From Torpedo marmorata (taxonomy: Eukaryota), in the NCBI GenBank assembly GCA_977017645.1, contig OZ360222.1, positions 133,672,001 to 133,736,000 of the forward strand: 64,000 nt of DNA, in the 5' to 3' direction. Both the position numbers and the translations under genes were made by a program. The first letter of the stretch is position 1. The number at the start of each line of letters is the position of its first letter. Below, piece by piece: positions 49,216-60,803 of this stretch. The notes beneath the pieces were generated by a model that worked only from the letters and a program-made list of their open reading frames with translations, searched no databases and had not been told where the DNA came from.

Positions 49216-50100
49216 GAGCGATTTAAAGGCAGAGGAAACCTGTCTTTACAAATCACTAATTTTCATTATAAAAGGGCCTATTGATTTAAGTTTGAGGTTT
49301 TTTGAGGTTGTATATAATATTTGAAGAAATGATTAGTAACAAGCTTGGTTAAAAGAACAGTAAATTCATTTAACTCCCACCACGATACCTACAGCTCTGC
49401 TACTGTTACTACTCTGTTTAGATGTTGAAAGTCTGTCATATCCATTGGCAGATTGTTTCAAATTTACTGCTCAAACAATAGAAGGGATCCATCCACAAAT
49501 TGAATGTTTGTTTTTACTTTCGAATGTCATAATCAACACTTGCAGATTAATGAGTTCATCCAAGGATTTTATGGAAACGCATGACATTTTGTGATTATTA
49601 GAATAACAACCTCAATGTGCAGGGGCTACATTTAGTATTTCAAAGCACACTTGGGAATTGAATCAATTCTCAGTGGAATGTATTTTTTGTACACTTGACC
49701 AAATTCCACTTCAGTAATGCTGTTTCACACCTCAGTACTATCTCTGCATCTTTTCAAAATGAAGGACTATTACGTGCTTAATAAGGTGTGAGGGCATAGA
49801 GAGGAATGAAATGTAGATAGTGAGCCACTGAAATTGTGCTACCAGTTCAACTGGGCTGATAATTGTCCTGCGTGATCGAGTTTATTCATTTGCCCACATG
49901 AAGGTACCTCATTGCAACTCTCTGTCTTGCATTTAGTTTCCAAAACTTATCCTTCTAACTTCATTGAATTAACATATTTAATCCAGTGGCAAATAACTGA
50001 CATTTTTGTCTCCTCTCTGAATTTTCAGCCACAGATCAGAATGTCCAATTTTCACACGGGATTCTTGGAATTGGCAAGGAAACTTCAATTCCAACATTTT

Positions 50101-50807
50101 TTTTAAAACAACTATAAACTAATTTTATTGTGGAACACAGGTTCGCCAGTCAGATCCAATATCCGGAGATCTTCAAATCCTTAAACCAACAGTTTTTATA
50201 TATGGGCTCCATATTTTAAAAAAGAAATGATATTTATTACGTAAATTATAAGTAATTTTTTTCAAGTGGTTCTGCATGCCATCTTTCTAACCCTAAATCT
50301 ACATCAGATTTCCATGTAATAGCAATGCATTTCTTAGAAACAGCTAAAGCAATACGTAAAAATTCTATTTGATACATATTTAATTTCATCTTAACACTAA
50401 TTCTTTTAATATCTCCAAACAAAAATATCATAGGATCCATTGGGAGTGTAATTCTTAATACTTTATCTAAAAACTTTTTAACTTTCAACCAAAAATCATA
50501 TACTTTTGGACAAAACCATGTAGAATGTACAAAAGAACCTTCCTCTCTATTACATCTAAAACATAAACAGGATAATGTCGGATTAAATTTCTTTAATTTT
50601 TTAGGTGTTAAATATAATTGATGAAAATAATTATGTTGCACTAATCTATATCTAACGTTAATAATCTTCGTCATACTTAGTTTACATAATTCTTTCCAAT
50701 GATCTTCATCTATTGTTACATTCAAATCTGATTCCCAATTTAATCTTAATTTATGAATTCCTAGTTTAGGCATTTTCCTCTGTAACAATCTATACATTTG
50801 AGAAATT
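50101..50807 (-). mobile_element. L1-clade 3' fragment with a shortened 3'UTR
   Basis: ORF 50246-50818 is the same family as 30703-31084; TSD AATTCCA(A/T)CATTT at 50088-50100 and 50808-50820. Confidence 0.9.
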
Positions 50808-51483
50808 AATTCCATCATTTGAGGATGGATCTAAAACTATAAAGGCTGCATGGCAGGAAGCTAACTAACACACTGCCAACTTTCTGCTTGTCGATTAATA
50901 CAGTGGGAGGAGAAAGAGTTTGTAACCTTGAAAGAGAAATGCTTAATCACCAAGGCTGGGATCTAAACACCAAAATGCAATTCTGGTTGAAATGTTTGTA
51001 TCCACCTGTTTGTTGACCACCAGATGATTTGGTTGCTAATTAGCTTTGTTTAAATTCATTCTGAAAATATTTGTCAGTAAAATATAGAAGGAGGACTTGA
51101 GTGTTGGAGTTCCACTGTGCTTTCCTTGACTTTCGCATCCTCCCAATGACTACTCTTACTCCACTGTACAGCTGATTGGGCCTCCCACTTCCATTTCTTA
51201 AGCTCCTTTGAAATTGTGCTGCACATAACCTAACTCACACCCAGGTTCCACTCACCCATCAACCTATCCTCATTGATGCATGTTAAGTAATGTTGGTTTT
51301 AAAAGAATCACTTCTGTTTTCAATGCTTTCTAATGACCATAATCTCTTCCCATCTTTAATTTACTGTAGTGCTAAAACTCAGTGACATTGTCTTCTAATT
51401 CTGTCTTGGGCATCCCAGGTTTTAATCGTTATATCATTGTCCACAGTGCATTCCTTAGCCCAGGAATTCCTTCTCTAAAACTC

Positions 51484-51700
51484 AAAACACAACGTGCTGG
51501 AAAAACTCAGCAGGTCATGTAGCATCCATAGAAAGTAAAGGGTAGCCAACATTACAGCCCCAGGCCCTTTATTGGGAATAAGCCCAGGCATGAAACGTTG
51601 GTCACCCTATACTTCCTATGGCTGCTACGTGACCTGCTGAGTTTTTCCAGCACATTTGTGTATTGCATTTGACCCCTGCATCTTCAGATTTTTCTTGTTT
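51484..51700. mobile_element. Palindromic element built from two opposed Penelope-like 3' ends
   Basis: Perfect 24-bp inverted repeat GTGCTGGAAAAACTCAGCAGGTCA at 51494-51517 and 51630-51653, extending imperfectly inward. Confidence 0.8.
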
Positions 51701-51921
51701 AAATTCTCGAAAGCTCTGTACCTTTTCCCTATTCTCTCTTCTTAAGATGCTCCTTTAAATAGTGATTTTTTTGTACAATGTTACAGGCACATGTAAAGCA
51801 AGCTGATATTTCTGAATGTTGTCGTCAAGCAAATGAGAAGAAAATTCATGTTTAGAAGAAAAATTATTGATTACTTGAAATTTGCTACGAAGACATTAAA
51901 ACAAGGAACCTGTACAGAATC

Positions 51922-53345
51922 CATGCTGCAAGCCTACACAGGCAAGACCCCTCATCTCTTCCTCCGGTATATCGACGACTACATCCGGGCTGCCTCATGC
52001 ACCCACGATGAGCTTGTCAACTTCATCCACTTCGCATCCAACTTTCACCACGATCTCAAACTCACCTGGTCCATCTCCGATAACACTCTCCCCTTCCTGG
52101 ATCTCGCTGTCTCCATCTCGGGAGACAAGCTTTCCACCGACATTTACTACAAACCCTCCAACTCACACAACTATCTGGACTACACATCCTCACACCCTGT
52201 CCCCTGCAAGGACTCCATCCCCTTCTCTCAAGTTCTCCGCCTCCGCCGCATCTGTTCCCAAGATGAGGTGTTCCACTCCAGATCTTCTGAAATGTCTGCC
52301 TTTTTCCACAAACGTGGCTTCCCTTCCACCACCATCAACTCAGCCCTCACCCGCATCTCCTCCATTTCCCGCTCATCTGCCCTGGCCCCCTCTGCCCCCA
52401 GACGCAACAAACATAGAGTACCCCTCATCCTCACCTACCACCCCACCAGCCTCCGCGTCCAACACATTATCCGCCGGAATTTCCGGCACTTGCTGCAGGA
52501 TCCCACCACCAGACACATTTTTCCTTCTCCTCCCCTCTCGGCCTTCCGCAGGGACCGCTCCCTCCGCGATTCACTCGTGCACTCGTCCCTCCCCACCCAT
52601 CGCACCCCCGGAACCTTCCCCTGTGCCCGCAGTAGGTGCAACACCTGCACCCACACCTCCCCCCTCACCACAGTCCAGGGCCCCAAACAGGCCTTCCAAG
52701 TGAAACTACACTTCACTTGTACATCCAAAGGACTTATCTACTGCATCCGGTGCTCCCTTTGTGGCTTTCTCTACATTGGAGAGACCAGTCGGAGATTGGG
52801 AGACCGCTTTGCCGAGCACCTCCTCTCCGTCCGCCGCAGCAGCGACCTCCCAGTAGCCAACCATTTCAATTCTGGGTCACACTCCCACGCTCACATGTCT
52901 GTCCATGGCCTCATGTACTATCCCACCCAGACTACCCGCAAATTGGAGGAACAACATCTCATATTCTGTCTCGGCACTCTCCAGCCAGATGGCATTAACA
53001 TTGACTTTTCTGCTTTCCACTAACCTGTTTGTTGTTCTCTCTCCCCCCTCCCCCCTCACCTGTTTTTTTCCACCCACCTAGCCATCCCTCCTCCCCCTCT
53101 TTGCTGCTGTCCCCTCCCTCCTTTCTCCACCTATCATCTCCTGCCTTTGCCACCTCCCTTCCCCCCTCACTCTTTTGTTTGGACGCCTGCCGGCATTTTC
53201 TCATACTTTGATGAAGGGCTCAAGCCCGAAACGTCGGTTATGTATTTCTACCTTTGCTACATAAAAGACACTGTTTGACCTGCTGAGTTCTCCAGCTTTT
53301 GTGTTTTTTACTACATTATTACGGTGTCTACAGATTTTCGTGTTT
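51922..53345 (+). mobile_element. Penelope-like (Neptune-type) retroelement, 5'-truncated, open RT C-terminus and GIY-YIG endonuclease
   Basis: FLRYIDD, LPFLD, TDIYYKP, CARSRCNTC, GLIYCIRC...YIGET, stop at 53023; TSD ACCTGTACAGAATC at 51908-51921 and 53346-53359. Confidence 0.95.
53202..53242 (+). ncRNA. Putative minimal type I hammerhead ribozyme; predicted cleavage after C53235
   Basis: CATACT-TTGATGA-A-GGGC-TCAA-GCCC-GAAA-CGTC-GGTTATG. Confidence 0.55.
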
Positions 53346-54499
53346 ACCTGTACAGAATCGTTGTCTGACAGATTAGCCACATCGAATTCTGGACACATTT
53401 GAGAAGGTTTAAATAATCTCCTATTAAGGCATTCCAATGTAATAAACCTATGATTATGAAATACAATGTTCATGTGCAGCTCTCTGAACTTCATTTGACC
53501 AGTGGGGTATCTGAAGTCAACCTAACAATTTCCTGATCTGTTTATGAAAAATTAGTAGCAGCTGCTAATTCTTTTGATTAATGTGACCTTTGGTCTATTT
53601 TAAGTGCAAAGAAAATAAAGCTCACATTTATGAAGTGGTTCCCATAGCAGATTTTGCAAATAAATTCTCATTTCTCTGTTTGGTCTGGCTGCATTCTTTG
53701 TGAATCTATGGGATTCGGATGGATCAGCTCTGAGGGATAATCTTGAATTATGTTTGTTTTTAATTTACTTTGAAACGGTAAATCAACATATAGATACATG
53801 ATGTCCAGAATGATGCTATTTTAATATTAAAATTGATGTGTGCACATGCAAATTCTATTCAATAACTTTTTTTTAGAGAACTTGACATGTTCGCCTTTAA
53901 TTAGACAAGTCCTCATTGCAGGAATTAAATGATTTTATGCACAGACTCAAATTAGAGACGTTAGACTTTCTCTAGCTCATGCAAAAACTTGCTGCGAATG
54001 AGGGTAGCAAAGAAATGGGGTCTAATGTTCCAACCCTATTTCGAGCTGCATTGATCCCTGGAGATCCCTTGATAAAACGGAGGTACACACATTGAAGTTG
54101 TCTGATATGCAAGGACAATTTAAAAGCATTTCCACGTTTGAGAAAATGAGGAAGCGCAGAATGAGGAAAAAGGCCATTTGAACCATTAAGTTTATTCTTT
54201 AATTGTAATAAATAAATCCCAAACTACCCGTCGAATTATCGGAGGAAAATAAAAAGATTGTTGAATATCATGACATCGTTGCTATGTTATTTATTCTGTA
54301 CCGACTTACCCTTGTAATGTTTAATAATGCTCAAGTAGCCTAACACATCAGAAACAATCATGTCCCACTAACCATCTTTTAATTTCTTCTAATCTTTATC
54401 TCCTTAATATTGAACTTTCACCTTTTTGAAAAAAAGTGACAAAATATGAACTGATTTTACTGACATTTCAAACATTATGCAAATGAAAATTGCCTCCCT

Positions 54500-54784
54500 A
54501 ATTCCAAGAATTTCCGTGTTTTAATCCAATAGTTTCACTGTTATACCGCGAACACCCCCTGTGCAGCGCCGCCGCGAATACCCCCGTCCAGCGCCCCCGC
54601 AACCCCCACCATCCAATGACGCTGTTCAGAAACCCTTCTAGTTGGAGTGTCTTTGTTTTGCGCGAATCTGAAGCAACGCAATTATTTAAAAGTACCGCCG
54701 TTAAAATAATTCTATAATCCGAAAAAATCTGAATTCCAAAAAGTGTCTGGTCCCAAGGTTTTCGGATAAAAGGTTAGGCACCTG
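54500..54784. mobile_element. Probable Tigger/pogo-like DNA transposon end, with an internal GC-rich minisatellite
   Basis: Ends TTTCGGATAAAAGGTTAGGCACCTG|TA; repeated CCGCGAA..CCCC..CAGCGCC units at 54546-54605; left TIR not found. Confidence 0.45.
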
Positions 54785-55214
54785 TATTGACATCTACTCC
54801 TGAAATCATCCCATCAGATTTTTCTGATGTGCATCAGTATCTTATTCTGACTTTCAAGTATGTGTTGTTAAGGACAGAAGTCACAAATTTACTGACAGAT
54901 TCAAAATGCATCATAATATTGAGATCTTCCAGTATTTATACTGGGAAATCATTTCATTTTTTTTAAACCAAGAGTAATCTAAAACAACCATGTTTTATTT
55001 TGTTCCTTCCTGTTCTACTTATTCAATACTTCTGATTTACAATATTTATTACCTAAATGCGCTGTTCTAACTTTGATTTTATCCCTGTAAATGTAAGTTC
55101 CTCAATTATTTTGTACCTCTGTCTGTCAATCAACTCAATGGAATTCCCTCCTAAAAAAAACATTGAAAAATAGAAAAGTAACAAAACAAAGTCTGTCAAA
55201 AAATCTTCAGAAAA

Positions 55215-57490
55215 AAGCATTTGATAGGTTAGAGTGGAAGTTTTTATTTAAGGTTTTAGAGAAATATGGATTTGGAAATACGTTTATAAATTGGATTAAA
55301 ACTATATATAAGGAACCTACAGCTAAAGTAATTACAAATGGTCAAATATCATCTAAATTTTCTTTGACACGGTCAACAAGACAAGGATGTCCATTGTCAC
55401 CTGCCTTATTTGTATTGGCAATAGAACCGTTGGCGGAAATGATCAGGAAAGATATGAATATAAAAGGGATAAAAGTAGGTGCAGAAGAGCATAAAATTAG
55501 TTTGTTTGCAGATGATGTATTAATATATATGACAAAGTCTATTGAATCACTTCAACAATTAGATAAAATATTGAGGGATTATGGTGAAATATCTGGATAT
55601 AAAATAAATTCGGATAAAAGTGAGATAATGGCTTTATCTCAAGGAGATTATACTAAATGTAAAGAAGTTACAAAATTTAAATGGGCTAAAGAAGCTATTA
55701 AATATTTAGGAGTTAAAGTGGATACAAAGTTAGAAAATTTATATAAATTAAATTACATACCTTTATTTCAGAAAATAAAGAAGGATTTGGATAATTGGAA
55801 AGATTTACCTATAACTTTAATAGGAAGAGTGAATTGTATTAAAATGAATATTTTTCCAAGAGTTCAATATCTTTTTCAATCTATACCTTTTGGTATTCCC
55901 CAAAAATTTTTTAAAGATTTAAAAAGTATTATTAGAAAGTTTTTATGGAAAGAAAAACTGGCAAGAGTAAGTATGGATAAATTAACTTGGGAATATGAAA
56001 TGGGTGGATTACAACTTCCTAATTTTCAATATTATTATAAGGCAGCACAATTAAAATTTATAAATGAATTATTTGATTTAACTAAAAACACGGCATGGAT
56101 TAATATAGAATTAAGTAATATAGGAGAAAGAAATAAGGAAGATATTATTTATAAATGGAATTCTAAATTATTATTGATTAAAAAGAAAAAGTCACCGATT
56201 ATTAGACATTTATTAGAGATTTGGAATCAATTAGATAATGAAATAGGGCGAAAAGGATCAATTTCTTTAAATATGCCATTATATCAGAATTTATTATTAC
56301 CATTTTCTATGGATAATCAATTTTTAAAATTATGGTATCAAAAAGGAATTAAGAAGATTAAAAATTGTTTTGAGGCAGGAAGATTTGTAACTTTTTCCAG
56401 ATTGAAAGAAAAATTTGGAATAATGGATAATACAATTTTGGCTTATTATCAAGTTAAAGGATTTTTAGTTGAGAAATTAGGGAATCAATTAATATCTCCT
56501 AGACAGGATGGGTTAGAGTTACTAATTACTAATGGAAATGTTAATAAATTTATATCGCAAATGTATAAATTATTTCAGAAAAAGATACCTAAAGTAGGAT
56601 TGCATAAATCTAGATTAAATTGGGAATCAGATCTAAATACTAATATAGATGAACAACACTGGAAAGAATTGTGTAAATTGAGTATGACTAAGATTATTAA
56701 TGTTAGATATAGATTAGTACAGTATAATTTTTTTCATCAATTATATATAACACCCAAAAAATTAAAGAAATTCAATCCGGCATTGTCAGATATGTGTTTT
56801 AGATGTAAAGATGAAATAGGTTCCTTTGTACATTGTACATGGTCATGTTCGAAAATTAAAAATTTTTGGTCTAAAGTCAAAGATTTTTTAGATAGAATTT
56901 TTAATATTATGATTCCAATGGATCCTATGATATTTTTATTTGGAGATATAAAAAAAATGAGTATTAGAAATAGATTAAATATGTACCAAATAGAATTTTT
57001 ACGAATTGTATTGGCTATTTCAAAAAAATGTATTGCTATTACTTGGAAATCAGATTTAGATTTGAATTTAGATAGATTACATGCAGAGTTACGTTCTTGT
57101 ATACCACTGGAAAAAATTACGTATAATTTGCGAGACAAATATCATTTCTTTTTGAAAATTTGGAGCCCATATATGAGAATTATGGGTATGAATTAATTCT
57201 CTAAAAGTTAGTACCGCTGACAAAAGTATCCTCCATATATAAATAGAGTTAGTCTGAAATAGTTTTCTCCTCATACTAACTCTCTTAACTTTATTTCTCA
57301 TTCTATTTCTTTCCTTTTAACTAACATTTCTATATATTCTTTTTTTTTTCTCTTTATTAGAATAGTGTGGGAGGGCTGGGGAGGGAGGGAAGGGGGGTTG
57401 GTAAAAATATCACATGTATTTTGATAATATATTATTTTGATTATGTATTTTGTGATTTTAAAAATTAAATAAAAATTAAAAAAAAAAAAA
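55215..57490 (+). mobile_element. Young L1-clade LINE, 5'-truncated, uninterrupted ORF2 part, poly(A) tail
   Basis: KAFDRLEW, STRQGCPLSP, LFADD, YLG, CFRC...HCTWSC; TSD AAAAAATCTTCAGAAAA at 55198-55214 and 57491-57507. Confidence 0.96.
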
Positions 57491-57759
57491 AAAAAATCTT
57501 CAGAAAATGTAGAATTGACATGCCCTTTCATTGAGATTGTACTTGAGTGAATTGAAGTGGAATAAAAATCCTAGAACTCTTCACCCCAAAAAATCCTTGG
57601 CAAATGATTCCAGAGCTGAGAGTATTAACTAAACTGGCATTTTGTCCTTTAAAAAAGGGACAGAATTCAACACCTTCACCATAATTTGGATAAACAATTC
57701 CCAAGCTGCTTTATTTGCCTTCTATTTATTGTTCCCCAGATTTTCCTGTTGTTCATGAG

Positions 57760-57990
57760 CTTTTACCAGCCTCTTTCAACCAGAAGGTTCAATCCTGACC
57801 TCAGGTGCTGGAGTTTGCATGCTCTGCATATGACTGTGTGTTTTCTCTGGGTTCTCGCATTTCCACCTACATTCTTAAGACAGGGAAGTTGATGGGAATA
57901 TAGGCAGAATAAAATGGAATGAGCATAGGATTGGTGCAAATGGGTAAGTGTCAGTTGGCTGAAGAATCTGTTTCCATATTGTATTACTTT
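57760..57990 (+). mobile_element. Degraded V-SINE
   Basis: GGTTCAATCCTGACCTC B box, GGAGTTTGCATG, CR1-like tail GGCTGAAGAATCTGTTTCC. Confidence 0.55.
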
Positions 57991-58206
57991 GACTCAATTC
58001 TGAAATATATCTGATATTTTCTTCTGTTCTCTGCAAGGCTCCACTTTCTCTACAATTTAAAACTTAAAAAAATCAATTTCCAGTTCTAATCAAAAGATCT
58101 TTGACTAAAATTCCTAACCCTGTTTTTCTCTCCTTTGATGCCCATTTCACCTGCTGAGCATCTTTGGTATATTCTGTTAATATTTTGTATTTCCAAAATG
58201 GCAGTA

Positions 58207-58408
58207 CAGTAAAACACCTGTTATCCAGAATTCAAGCAACCGGCAAAAAAATCGCAGAAAATAAATAGGTAAAAAATTAGGAAGTTTAAAATTGGTGTGC
58301 CTCGTCGTTAGTTCGCCAATCGATGCAACACGCAATCTCATGCAACCGGAAAATTCACTTATCTGGCATCTACCTATCCCATAGGTGCCAGCTACCAGGG
58401 TTTTTCTG
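58207..58408. mobile_element. Tc1/mariner-pogo type MITE
   Basis: TA|CAGTAAAACACCTG ... CAGGGTTTTTCTG|TA; imperfect TIRs with TA TSD. Confidence 0.7.
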
Positions 58409-58424
58409 TATTTTGCTCAACTTA

Positions 58425-58668
58425 TTTATTTAGACATCATGGTAACAGGCCATTTCGGCCCACGAGTCCGTGCCGGCCAATTTACACCCAATTAACCTAC
58501 ACCCCCGGTATGTTTCGAATGGTGGGAGGAAACCGGAGCCCCCGGGAAAACCCACGCAGAGACAGGGAGAACGTACAAACTCCTTACAGACAGCGCGGGA
58601 TTTGAACCCCAATCCCGATATCTGGTGCAGTAAAGGCGTTGTGCTAACTGCTACACCAACTGTGCCGC
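58425..58668 (-). mobile_element. tRNA-derived V-SINE (HE1-like)
   Basis: GGGATTTGAACCC B box, V-domain, (TAAA)n tail; homologous to 1435-1690. Confidence 0.82.
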
Positions 58669-59481
58669 CAAAAAAAATTTGTCAGCAACTCTCCATTTAG
58701 ATTTCCAAAATTTCTTTCACTTGCTTTCCCCTCATGTTGGCATTCAGAGGGTTTCTGTATTTGAAATGTAAGAAATTAGGTTTTTATCTCTTGTGCTCAT
58801 CTGTATTTAAATTTCCACCTCCATAATATCACCTACCTGCTCTGTCTCAACACTTATCATTGTGACCTGACTGCAGCAATGCACTGTGTAAATTTTACGT
58901 GTGTATGACAATAAATTCGTTATTATTATTGATGAGTCTCCTGAGTTCTCTACTGACTGAGGTACTTCAATACTCAGCTGCCTGTGTCCTGACTCTAACC
59001 ATTCCCTCTTGTGTTTACTGGCTTGGATCCTAATTTAATAGTACATTAGTATTAAAGACCACATCCTTTCTCTTAAATTCTCACTTGGTCTTGCTCTGTC
59101 CCTCCCTATCTCTGCCATCTCAACTAGCCTATCTAACTGTGCTCTTCTAATTGGCTTCTTGTACCCATAATTTTCATTTCTTTTCAGATAGTGACTGTAC
59201 TTTTAATTGCTTTGATCTTAATTCAATCTATAAATCTCTCTGCATATTTATTTTCCTCTCTGGAATGGAAGATACTGCTTTGACCAAGTGAAGTAAAACT
59301 CCAGTAATCTGGCACCCTTGGCACTTTGATGCTGCACCAGCAGATTGTCCAGACTTTTAGATGTTACTCTAATGTATGCACTTTTTAACATGTGACACTG
59401 TGTTCAGTGCAGGCACATGGTCTTAAAGGCCTGGTCTGCTGCTGTTCTGTGTGAAAAGAGACACTGGGGACAATGAGCAAT

Positions 59482-59811
59482 TGAGTAAAATTCCAATAAC
59501 ACTATCGGTGACACAATTGTCAATGTTTCGGACCGGAATCATTCACGAAGGTTGAGAGTGCAGAGGTAAGAGAGCCGGTATATTGAGGACAGGGTGGTAG
59601 GAGTTGGATACCCTGTCCTCATTTTACCGGTGAGCACCCTTCTGCAATCTCAGTCTTAATGAAGGGTTCCGGCCTGTAATGTTGACTGTTCTTTTTCTCC
59701 CGCTGATGCTGCACGACCCACTGAGTTCCTCCAGCAGGTTGATTTTGGCCCCAGGTTCCAGCATCTGCAGTCACTTGTGTGTCACCAGTGGTATTATTGG
59801 AGTTTTACTCA
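59482..59811. repeat. About 330-bp imperfect palindrome containing Penelope-like 3'-end sequence
   Basis: Outer 34-bp IR at 59482-59515 and 59778-59811; inner IR TGAGGACAGGGT/ACCCTGTCCTCA; CTGAGTTCCTCCAGCA motif. Confidence 0.7.
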
Positions 59812-59849
59812 TCTGCATATTGTCCCTAATATCTCTTTATAAATAGAGC

Positions 59850-60312
59850 CCAGAGCAGTGCGGCACAGGACCAGGCCCTTCAGCCCACATTGCCAGCACC
59901 AAAAATGATACCCAAATTAAACTAAAACTCTGCTGCCTGCACCTGATAGATATCCCTCCATTTCCTTCATATTCATGAGTCTATCCAGAAGCCTCTTAAG
60001 CACTACTATTGTATCTGCTTCCCCCGCTGCTCCTGGCAGCCCGTTCCATGGACACCACTACCACTGTGTGTGGGAGTGGGGGGGGGACTTAACTCTCACA
60101 CCACCTTTCAACTCCCACCCACCAACCCCTCACTTTAAATACATGTCCTCTGCTATGTGACATTTTTATGCTGAGATAAAAGATTCTGATTGTCTACCCC
60201 ATCAATGCTTCTCATATTGGGATGCCCCTCAGCCTCCAACGCTCTAGATGAAAAACCAAGGTTTGTCCAACCTCCCCCATAGTTCATACCCTCTAATCCA
60301 AGTAACATCTTG
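59850..60312 (-). mobile_element. Degraded CR1 3' fragment
   Basis: CAGGCCCTTCAGCCCAC tail; CCCCTCAGCCTCCAACGCTC. Confidence 0.65.
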
Positions 60313-60314
60313 GT

Positions 60315-60790
60315 AAGCAGAATATGCTGAAGGAACTCAGCGGGTCAAGCAGCATCAGTAGCAGAGAAAGAATGGTCGACGTTTCAGGCTGAAACCTCAT
60401 TGAGACTGGGAACGTGAAGAAGAGATGCCAATGTAAATAGGAAATGGTGGAACAGGAGCCCCACGGGGCAGATTGGCGAATCAGGGTGAGGTGAAGCATG
60501 ATCATCATAGACTGGCAGATGCCAAACAAAGGGAGAGAGAGGCAAAAAAAAGGTGGAGGAAGATGAGTCACACAGAGTAGAGTGGGTGCTATGAAGACTG
60601 CTGGAATCTGATGTGAAGAGAAGGGTCAATAGTGGTACGGAGAGAGATCAGATGGAACCGGTGGGGGAAGGGGGTGCAGAGAGAGCAAAATAATCCATTG
60701 AGGAGATGGAATTGGAGGGGGATGGAACCAATGAGGAGGGGGGGGGTGAGAATGAGTGGGACAAGGGGAGGATATCTTCAGCCTTTGAAT
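60315..60790 (-). mobile_element. Penelope-related 3' end with a degenerate hammerhead motif
   Basis: GCTGAAGGAACTCAGCGGGTCAAGCAGCATC; - strand CTCAATGAGGTTTCAGCCTGAAACGTC; purine-rich tract. Confidence 0.6.
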
Positions 60791-60803
60791 ATTGTGGAAA
60801 TTC

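Noticed and set aside
52008-52703. 231-aa Ser/Pro-rich overlapping ORF in the PLE
   Set aside because: An alternate-frame by-product of C-rich codon usage, with no domain features
53201-53494. Minus-strand ORF (MKFRELHMNIVF...) as an SLX4IP exon
   Set aside because: Resemblance is limited to a few residues, and the apparent donor CAG|gtaaac is created by the PLE end and its TSD
55163-55214. N-terminus of the 677-aa ORF as a real protein start
   Set aside because: It lies in flanking DNA and the TSD upstream of a 5'-truncated L1 and begins with TTG
58565-58668. tRNA gene
   Set aside because: It has A/B-box-like sequence but no cloverleaf and continues into a SINE body and tail
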